Below are positions 54,061 to 64,000 of a stretch of DNA of 64,000 bases, piece by piece. Source of the DNA: Octopus sinensis (lineage: Eukaryota); NCBI RefSeq assembly GCF_006345805.1, contig NC_043002.1:115444001-115508000 (forward strand). The letters are read 5' to 3'. Position 1 is the first letter of the stretch. Every line of letters starts with the position of its first letter. Position numbers and translations under genes: made by a program. The notes beneath the pieces are model-generated. The model made no database searches, was not told the origin of the DNA, and saw nothing but the letters and a program-made list of their open reading frames with translations.

Positions 54061-57000
54061 ATGATATCTGGCAAATGCAAGCTTTCTTTTCAGGTACATA
54101 ACACTGCTGTCCCTCATCCCAGGGTCTCAGAGGCCCACACCTCCCACACCCTCAGGGTGGGCACCCTCAACGTTGGCACATTGAAAGGTAGGTCTGGCGA
54201 GATAGTCGAGATGCTTGAACGGAGACGTGTTGATGTATGTTGTATGCAAGAAATAAGGTGGAGAGGAGGATCTGCTAGGGTCCTCACAGGCAAGGAACAC
54301 AGGTACAAGATTTTCTGGGCAGGGAACACTGACGGGGTTGGTGGCGTGGGTATACTTATCGCTGAGAAATGGATAGATAGAGTAATTGAGGTAATCAGAG
54401 TAAGTGACAGAATACTTAAGATTAGAATAGTGCTTCATAATAGATTAGCAACCATTATATCGGCCTATGCCCCTCAGCCAGGGCTACCCGATGGACAGAA
54501 AGACAGTTTCTATGACACCCTACTGCAGACCACCTCATCGACGAACGACAGGGACCTTCTCTTTGTGGCTGGTGATTTCAATGGGCATGTTGGACGACAT
54601 GCTGGGGGCTTCCATGGTGTACATGGAGGCTACGGTTATGGTTCCCGCAACGAGGAGGGAACCAGGCTGCTGGAGTTCTGCGATGCGAATAGTCTTATGG
54701 TCTGCAACACTAACTTCAGGAAACCAACAAGCCGCCTGGTCACCTACCGATCGGGCCGGCATACTAGCCAAATCGACTACATCCTTGCCAGAAAAAGGGA
54801 AAGATGGCTGCTTATAAATGCCAAAACCTTCCCAGGCGAAGAATGCACCCCACAACATAGACTGGTAGTTAGTGACTTTAGGATCAGGACTAAGAGGGCG
54901 ACTAGAAGACGACCAACATGGAGAAGAAGGGTCTGGAAGCTTAAAGCCCCTGCGAATGGACAGAGATTTAGAGATATGTTACTTGAAGCCTTTGACGAAG
55001 TGGAAGGGGGTATAGCTACACATGGGGTAGAAGACAACTGGACGTTTCTGAGGGACAACCTGCTGAAAGCCGCTGACCAGATCTGTGGCTGGTGCAAAGT
55101 CCCCTTAGACCCAAAATAACGTGGTGGTGGAACAATATTGTTGACAGGGCTATTAGACAAAAGAAACAGGCTTGGAAGGCCTGGAAGAATGGTGGTAGCA
55201 GGGAAGGGTATCAGACTGCCAGAAGGGAAGCTAGGAGACAGGTCTATCTAGCCAGAGGGGAAGCAGATAAGAGAAATTTGCCAATGTCCTGTGCCGTGAG
55301 GATGAAAGACTTGAGGTATTTCGTGTTGCAAGACAGTGTGTGAGAGAGAATCGTGATGTGGTAGGAGAGAAATGTGTTCGCATGGAGGATGGTTCACTTG
55401 CGCTAAATGAGGATGCAAAGAGAGAAGCTTGGAGACGCCACTATGAAAGGTTACTGAATGAGGAAAATGAATGGGATAAAGAGAGTCTGCCGAATGTTGA
55501 CCCTACAGAGGGACCAGCTATCCGAGTTGATAGTTCCGTGGTAGCTAAGGCAATTAGAAGCATGAAGACAGGGAAAGCCCCAGGCCCATCAGGAATTACT
55601 GCAGAGATGCTCAAAATATCTGGCAGTGTCGGCTATAACCTAGTCACCCGTATAGTCAACCAGGTGATACACGAAGGAGTCATACCCAATGACTGGTGCA
55701 GCAGCATACTAGTCAACTGCTACAAAGGTAAAGGTGATGCCCTAGATACAAATAATTACAGAGGTATCAAGCTGTTGGATCAAGTAATGAAGGTTACGGA
55801 GAGGGTCATAGCCCAACTAATTAGAGAGAGAGTTAGTTTAGATGAGATGCAGTTTGGGTTCGTGCCAGGGAAAAGTACCACTGATGCTATATTCCTGGTA
55901 AGGCAGCTGCAGGAGAAATACCTAGCCAAAGATAAGCCCCTGTACCTGGCTTTCGTTGACATGGAGAAAGCTTTTGATAGGGTCCCCCGATCCCTTATCT
56001 GGTGGTCAATGAGGAAACTAGGGATAGATGAATGGCTGGTGAGGACTGTGCAAGCCATGTACAGAGATGCCGTAAGTAAGGTTAGGGTTGGCAACATACA
56101 TGTTGCCAACCCTAACCTTACTACAGAAGAATTCAAAGTAGAGGTTGGGGTCCACCAGGGTTCAGTACTCAGCCCCCTCCTATTTATCATAGTACTCCAG
56201 GCAATTACGGAGGAATTCAAGACAGGCTGTCCCTGGGAGCTCCTCTACGCTGACGACCTTGCTCTTATTGCTGAGTCACTATCAGAACTGGAGGAGAAGT
56301 TCCAGGTGTGGAAGGAGGGTTTAGAATCAAGGGGCCTTAGAGTCAACCTAGCTAAAACCAAAGTACTAATAAGTAGAAAGGTAGACAATCCACAAATATC
56401 TTCAGGAGATGGCCCTGCTCGATCTGTAGAAAAGGTGTAGGTAGAAACTCTATAAGATGTACCCAGTGTAAGCTATGGACACATAAGAGGTGCAGCAATG
56501 TCAAAGGTAGGCTAACTGGGAAGATAGTTTTTGTGTATGTGGCAGATGCTCGGGAGCATTAACCTCCGAAAATCTGCAGAAAACAACTTCCGTCACTTTC
56601 CAGGGGAAAAACTAGAAGTAGTTGATAGCTTCCGTTATCTAGGTGACCAAGTCAGTAGTGGGGGTGAGTGCGCTGAAAGTGTAACTGCTATAATAAGAAT
56701 AGCCTGGGCAAAGTTTAGGGAGCTCTTACCTCTGCTGGTGACTAAAGGCCTCTCGCTCAGAGTAAAAGGCAGACTGTATGATGCGTGTGTACGAACAGCC
56801 ATGCTACATGGCAGCGAAACATGGGCCGTGACTGCTGAGGACATGCGTAAGCTCATGAGGAATGAAGCCAGTATGCTCCGATGGATGTGTAATGTCAGTG
56901 TACATACTCAACAGAGCGTTAGCACCTTGAGAGAAATGTTGTACCTAAGAAGCATCAGTTGTGGTGTGCAAGAGAGACGATTGCGCTGGTATGGTCATGT

Positions 57001-57866
57001 GGCGAGAATGGATGAAGATAGGTGTGTGAGAAAGTGCCAATCCCTAGCAGTTGAGGGAACCCGTGGAAGAGGTAGACCCAGGAAAACCTGGGACGAGGTG
57101 GTGAAGCACGACCTTCGAACTTTAGGCCTCACTGAGGAAATGACCAGAGACCGAGACCTTTGGAAATATTCTGTACGTGAGAAGACCAGGCAGGACAAGT
57201 GAGCCCAGCCCACTTATGAATGCCTTTCCTCCCTTGGACACAAAGACCGGTTGAGGCAAGCGAAGTCGATATAGAACCTCATCCGACGACAGACACCCAT
57301 GCCAACCCCCATGCTTGCGAAGACATGTTGGGGCAAGCGAAATCGAAATCGAAACCGAATTGAACCAGCCAGGATCCCTGGCCTGGTGGTACGTAAAAAG
57401 CACTATCCGACTCGTGGCCGTGGCACGTAAAATACTCCAATGCGACCGTACGACAGGCACCCATGCCAACCCCCTTTGCTTGTGAAGACATGTTGGGGAA
57501 GCGAAATCGAAATCGAATTGAACCAGCCAGGATCCCTGGTCTGGTGGTACGTAAAAAGCACTATCCGACTCGTGGCCGATGCCAGCACCGCCTCGACTGG
57601 CTTCCGTGCCGGTGGCACATAAAATACACCATTCTGACCGTGGCCGTTGCCAGCCCCGCCTGGCACCTGTGCAGGTGGCACGTAAAAAGCACCCACTACA
57701 CTCACAGAGTGGTTGGCGTTAGGAAGGGCATCCAGCTGTAGAAACATTGCCAGATTAGACTGGAGCCTGGTGCAGCCTTCTGGCTTCCCAGACCCCGGTC
57801 GAACCGTCCAACCCATGCTAGCATGGAGAACGGACGTTAAACGACGATGATGATGATGATGATGAT
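54061..57866 (+). mobile_element. Near full-length RTE-clade LINE (APE + RT) with 3 frameshifts and (GAT)n tail, antisense in a PPP4R2 intron
   Basis: TLNVGTL..CMQEIRW..VAGDFNGHVG..SQIDYIL..QHRLVV (APE). NYRGIKLL, QFGFVPGKSTTDA, FVDMEKAFDRV, GVHQGSVLSPLLF, LLYADD, FRYLG (RT). Confidence 0.97.
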
Positions 57867-57867
57867 A

Positions 57868-57928
57868 TAACAGAAAAGTCTAATTCTTCAATTGAATGTA
57901 ACCGGGCAACGCCAGGTGTCTCTGCTAG
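57868..57928 (+). mobile_element. Helitron-type 3' terminus
   Basis: accgggcaacgccaggt..CTAG|T, the same end type as at 26966 and 7609. Confidence 0.55.
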
Positions 57929-57994
57929 TATATATATATATATATATATATAATGTGCATATATATATTTATATACACACATATATATATTTTT

Positions 57995-59010
57995 TTTTAT
58001 TTATCTAGTTTCAGCTCACAAGCTGTGGCCATGCTGGGGCACCGCCATTTGGTGTTGCTACATGATTTTACTTCACGAATGCTTTTAGCAATTGCCATTT
58101 GGTGCATGAGGGAGTTTGATGCAGCTGCCCTCATCTGCACCTCCTGCCATGAAGTTGGTTCATCTGGGATACCTGACAAGAAGAGATCCAGTTTCATTTT
58201 AAAGACATCTGTATCCACCCCATGCAGGTCTCTCAGGTTCTTCGGGAGGATATTGAAGAGCTGTGGGCCTCGGAAGCCCAGGCTATCACAGTATCTCGTC
58301 CTACATCTTGATGGCAAATTTGGAGTCCTTGGCACTATGCAGTGGCACCCAGTTCTGGCATTTGTGTAACGCTTGATGCCAAAGTTTGGGACAAGTCCTT
58401 CTAGGATCTTCCAGATGTATATTATGGCATATCTTTCTCGCCTACACTCTAAGGAATAGTCTTAATCTCTTGAGTCTTTCCCAGTAGCTTATATGCTGCA
58501 CAGAGGCTATCTTCTTCGTGTAGCTTCGTTGGATCGCCTCAAGTTCTGTGATTAACTTGACACTGGATGGTGACCATAGCTGAGAGCAATAGTCAAAGTG
58601 GCTTAGGACAAGTGTCCTCCAGAGGACCATCATGGTTTCCTGGTCTCTTGTTCTGAAGGTTCTAAGAATCCATCCGGTCAGCTGCCTACATTTCATTGCC
58701 AATTTAGCAACATGCACATGAAAGGTTGCATCATCACTCATGTAAATACCAAGGTCTCGCACTGATTGTGCCTCTGGGATTGCAATCCCTCCAGGTCCAG
58801 TGTATTTATTGGGTATTGCATTTAGTTTTGCGTGCTGATAGTATAGAGCTTGAAACTTTTCAGCATTGAACTGCATGCTATTCTTTTCAGCCCACTTGTA
58901 TATTTTGTCCAGGCCATGCTTCCACAACTGGAATTTCTTTTCTAGTTCTGGTGATTCAGTTATAAGAACATAGTCATTAGCATAGAGGAGCTTCCAAGGG
59001 TGGCCGGGAG
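57995..59010 (-). mobile_element. 5'-truncated CR1-type RT 3' half preceded in frame by a short RTE-like RT fragment
   Basis: LDKIYKWAEKNSMQFNAEKF..VRDLGIYM..LVLSHFDYCSQLWSP..LEAIQR. The upstream PWKLLYANDY..FQLWKHG matches the RTE at 56221-56320. Confidence 0.85.
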
Positions 59011-59497
59011 AACTATTATAAACAAGAGGAGGCCAAGAATTGAGTTCACTATTAATAGACAATATCCACTCCTCTTAAACAACTACATTTATTTCACTAC
59101 AATAAAGCCTAACAGTTTATTTTACCAATAGATATGTTTAACAGCAGTCTTTCAAACTTCTATCACATAACACGACTCATCAGCACTATTCCATCTAGAT
59201 AGCAAATATTTTTCTGAACTTCTTTCCAGGGACATATCCAAGTAAATGATGTTACAAGTGTATCAAATGCATCCATTATTTAGACTGACAGTGAAGCATA
59301 GAAATTTTGACAAAGGAATCATACCAATAACAAAGAAAACACTACTTGAAAATTAAATTATATTTTCATTCCTAAACACAAAGAAAAATGAGACAAAAAT
59401 CAACAAAAACACAAACAAGATAAAAATACAACACTTGTAACAAAAGAATGGTGCAACTTTGTGAAGCACCATCAAAAATACACTTTTACAAGCTTAC

Positions 59498-59668
59498 CCA
59501 TGAAATCTGTTGACAGCATTAATGATCCGATTTCTCATTTCTTCAAATTTAACATTTTTTACATTTGGAGACATAAGCAAATGGTCAGCTGGATACTCTT
59601 CATTAAACTGCTGCATTACTGAATCCAACTTTTTAACAAACAACGGCTTTAGTCGTGGCCATGGAAAT
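59498..59668 (-). CDS. PPP4R2: PPP4R2 171-nt exon; more N-terminal exons not found in the window
   Basis: aattcag|FPWPRLKPLFVKKLDSVMQQFNEEYP..FEEMRNRIINAVNRFHG|gtaagc. Phase 2 joins the 94-nt exon. Confidence 0.93.
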
Positions 59669-62600
59669 CTGAATTACATAAAATAAATTCAAATAGATTT
59701 TAACATCTCAGCATAAATGCAATACTGTTTGATTTACCTGTAAAGCAAAACAGAGAGGTAAATCATTTTTGAAAAGCAAAAAGAGTGAAAAAGTATATTT
59801 CTTTGTAATTTGATTGAAGCATTCCCATCAGATGAGGAAAGCTATTGAAATGCTGAATGCAATTTTACAGCTTTCACAAGCCCTAATTGTGAACTGGAAA
59901 ATTCTAATAGGAAACAATATCAAAACAGAAAAATTTAAATATGCTGAGAAACTCTATAATGAAATGGAGAGGATGGCATTCATACCAGAGAATCTAACAG
60001 TCAAGAAACTAAATCCCAAGTTATGTTCTCAACAAAAGGAGTTCATAAAAACTAACTTTTGTATTCAAGCAACTAATTAGATGCCTTTAACAAATGATGA
60101 TTCCCTTTGCTCTCAGCAAGCAACATATACATTTAGGTGAAAGCCTCTTGAAGTGACAGGTGTCTGAAAGATACCATTATTCTTTCTTTTTGGTCATATT
60201 TCAAGAAAAGTTTCTGGGTATTCATTTCATCACAGAATCTTACTGAAATTCTCTTTACCTTAAGATCTTATTCTCTACATCACTATAATTATTTTCAAAA
60301 ATATTTTATCTAAAATTTAGCACTAGCAGATAACCCTGGTTTGAAATAAAGTTTGACAAGACAACTTACAACAAAATTTATATTGTCTTATTATTTTGGG
60401 CTAGAAAGCAGGCCAAAAAAAAAAAAAAAAAAAAAAATTGAAATCCAGATTCTATTGTGTGTTCTCTGTGGACATCCATAAGATCCCTATTTCAGTTTTG
60501 TTTAATGCAAACAGGATTTTCAGTTCCCAAATTAGAGATTGTTTGACAAGCTTTAAAATATTGCATAAACTTATGTTTCTCTATATTCTTGGAGTTTTTT
60601 TTTTTATAATCACCATTATTATTATTATGACATTGGAATAACAAAAACTAAACTAAACACATTGTGGTATTATGATAAGATATTTAGTTTAAGTTGACTG
60701 TGCCTTTCATCCTTCAAGGGTCAATAAAATAAGCATCAGTTGAGCACTGGAGTCAATGTAATTGATTTACCCCTTCCCCTGAACTTGCTGGCCATGTGCC
60801 AACATTTGAAAATGATATTTAGTTTAGTTTTCATTCTGGATTAAAATCCAGCAAGTGGCCTCCTCCATCCTTTCAAAGCCAATAAGATAATACCTTGCAG
60901 TTGAATCGATATTCTTTCCTCAAATGTGTGGTCTTATTATACAAAATGGTAGGCAGGCAGAATCAGATTATTTTAGGAGAGTAGTCACTTATCTCCTACT
61001 CTTTAGACCTTCCTAAAATATAGCTTTTAATTAATGAGAAAATAACTAAAAGTTTATTTTCAAATGATTAGGTGCTGCACACTGTATCAAAAAGCTTTTA
61101 CTGAACAATAAGAAGCCACACATTGCATCACTACATTTACCGAAGTCTTATTCCATATAAAAAGTGCCGTACCAGAGAAACAATTCTTTCTATTGCTTGT
61201 TTGACTTTCTATAATTGTAAATAAGCACGTTTTGTTTATGAATTTGTTTAAAATTTGAGAGACAAATGTAGAAGAAATTACGTTTTGTTTACAAAGATTT
61301 TCAGAGTTTGAAAGACACTTGTTCCTGACAGGAATATAATTGTTAGGAAAATGCTCAAGGTTTCAGCAATATTTAACATTATTCAGTGAATTAAAATTCT
61401 GGTATATGGCGCCACAAGCACAAAATCCCATTTGACAGTCAGCTCAGAATATTTGTGACAGTGACATTCTTTGGAAAGAATGTAAGTCACACAACTTCCA
61501 CTACTTAATGCAAGGGACAGAGACCATTTAATACACCAATAGTTTATTGCATATGTACACAGACAAGATACACCTTAATTCAATGGAATGCTAATGTAAG
61601 TACTACAGTGAAGTGTACAGGCAAGGATCTTGAAATTTGTCATGAGGTACACAGTCATCTTGGAACCTATGACATAATGTTATTTCTTAAAACTTTTCTT
61701 CATTATGTAAAAAATGTATGTTGGTCCACTAATTAGATCATTTTATACTGAACAATACCAAGAGATGATGTATTTGAAATTACACAAGAATATGCAATTC
61801 GCATCTACTTGTGAATAATTTTCTAGCATGCAATTCTTGCACTATTTGCTTGTTTTCTGAAGCTATTTCAATTACCCAAAATTTGAAATATAAAATACAA
61901 GGGTCATCCATAATCAGGTACAAAAACCAGAGGATTGCAAAGTCTCATCATTTAACATCAACTTTTCCATGGGTCAGATGAAATTTGTTGTAGCAGATTT
62001 TCTATAGCCAGATGCCCTTCCTCTTGCCAATCTTCACTAATTTCCAAGCAAGCATATATTTTTCCCATAGCCAAGCATGCTTTTCACAGAAGACAGGGAA
62101 CAAACAATAGTTATAGACTTGGTGGTGAAACTAATGTCCGGCATGCAACTGGAAATTAAATGAATTTCCAGTTCAGAGCTTTCTTTTCTTCATGCAGTAT
62201 ACTCTTAAACAGGTCCTTAGTTGTCCGGGTCAGCTCATCTCAAATGGGAACATACAACAGGGGAGAAAAATCAAACACTTAGGAACAGCCCATAGATGCT
62301 ATAGACTGGATTTTTAAAAGAATGCTATGGTTTAGTGTGTGAGGGTATATCATCACCTTTTGGGGTTTTCTGGAACTGGTGAAATTGATGTTCAATTTGA
62401 ATATCTGTGGATTAATATGTGCAGGGATTATGTGAACATGAAGGAATACCAGAAGGAATTCTAGTACAAAACATTAGGAAAAGTGGTTATGCAAAACGAC
62501 CATATACAGTTGACTGGTTCAGAGAAGCAAAAGGTTGTTATAGAGATAGGATATATATATTTAGAAAATACAGTGTTATAGTTGAATAACAATGAAAAGT

Positions 62601-64000
62601 ATTACAGAATAAGAGTAATGTTATGGCTAATTTCAAGCTGAAGCGAATTTTTATATATATACCACTAATTTACAAATAGTAGCATTTGTGTCCTGTGGGT
62701 TTGTACCTATCTGAAATTATTACCCTCACTGGAGAGGAGATCAATACAGAACAATTCACAATCCTATTTCAATTTCCAGTCCTATCCATTTCACTTATCT
62801 ACTAACAGGTAACTAATCATCTTGAGAAAGGCAGAGACATTAGGTTGTTTAATTCCGTCTAAAAATCTAGTGAGTCACAAATGGCTTGGGCAACAGAACA
62901 TTCTACTTTAACATTCAACCTAGGCATACATAGGTATCATAAGAGAGGTCAGCTACCTACTGCATCACAAAATTTAGAAATGTTTTCATTTCTTTTCAGT
63001 TGAAAAGATTATGTACCTCACCAATAATTTTGATACCAAGCCATTGCAAAACTGACTCTTTTTCTACTCAGAAACTTTTCATTTATACAGTGTTAGGCTC
63101 AGATCAACCCTGACAAAGCAGATTCACAGTATGTAGATATTCAGTCATTTACTTTGGTGGAGAGGATATAGATTTCTGTTTCAATTTGATGTAGAGAACT
63201 GGTTGTTATTTTGTTTCTAATTAAACTGTACAATCATGCTAGCTATTTTGTAGTTTATTGTTATGACCATTAATACCTTATAATTCTTTCAGCATGGAGT
63301 GAATCATTAAGTGTGTTCTGAGGATGAAAGATTGCAATAGGAATTTTAGGAAATAATTACTGCCCGTGTTGAAATTTACACAATTGTTCGTAAACTAAGT
63401 AAAATGTTAAGGGTGTAAATTTTTGTGAGTGTATAGATTTTAATATGAAAGAAATCAATGCTTTTTACAAGACATTTTATGGAGTGAATTTGAGCAGTAG
63501 AACAGCAAACCAAATATATAGTAGCATTTAGTTACATCTCTTTATGTTCAAAGATCAAATCCTACCTTCAATGTCTTTATCCTTAAGGGGTTAATTAAAA
63601 TAAGTACTGATTAAGTACTGGATTTGATTTAATCAACTGTAGAACCCTTTTGACAAAATATGGTATTGTGTCTAAATCAGAAATCTTTAATAATTATACA
63701 CTGAGCTCAACAGAGCTGGTAGAGTTGGCAAAGAGCCAAATAAGATATTCTACAACATCTAATTATGTAGCACACAATTCTGAGTTCAAACGCCAGAAGA
63801 TTTTGTTTTTACCTATCATCAGTAATATAACAATAAAAATCAAATGCTAAAAGCCACAAAATCAATTAATAGAATTACTTGTGCATAGAAGTCAATAACA
63901 TTTAAAAATCATCATCATTTTAACAACCACTTTTCCATGATTGCATCGGTCAGATGGAATTCGTTGAAGTAAATCTTCTGCAACTGGATGCTCTACCTGT

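Noticed and set aside
61305-61481. Plus-strand exon-like segment (cag|...|gtaagt) antisense to PPP4R2
   Set aside because: Stops in all frames and no supporting partner exons; indistinguishable from chance.
59770-64000. Search for the upstream PPP4R2 exon (expected ..IAKTG.. region)
   Set aside because: No matching minus-strand exon was found; it probably lies beyond the window.

Overview
AT-rich, repeat-dense metazoan DNA. The SINE families, microsatellites and LINE complement point to an octopus genome (inference). Two convergent host genes are recognisable. MEIG1 (+) has two coding exons (33533-33667, 38124-38252; 87 aa) and an RFX X-box upstream. PPP4R2 (-) has five coding exons between 59668 and 47281; its N-terminal exons were not found in the window. 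The rest is nested mobile DNA: mariner and maT-like transposons, a solo LTR, Helitrons, R4/Dong, CR1 and RTE LINEs, Penelope-like elements, SINEs and a MITE. Best leads: (1) a near full-length RTE LINE with a C4HC3 PHD-like finger between RT motifs 6 and 7 and a 6 x ~162-bp array at its 5' end; (2) about ten minimal hammerhead-ribozyme-like motifs of several sequence types, often in inverted pairs, two types having a CCGAAGA core variant; (3) a candidate 160-nt PPP4R2 cassette exon that is either poison or an in-frame alternative to the 94-nt exon; (4) several fold-back palindromes. All calls come from reading the sequence by eye; no searches were run, and repeat boundaries are approximate.
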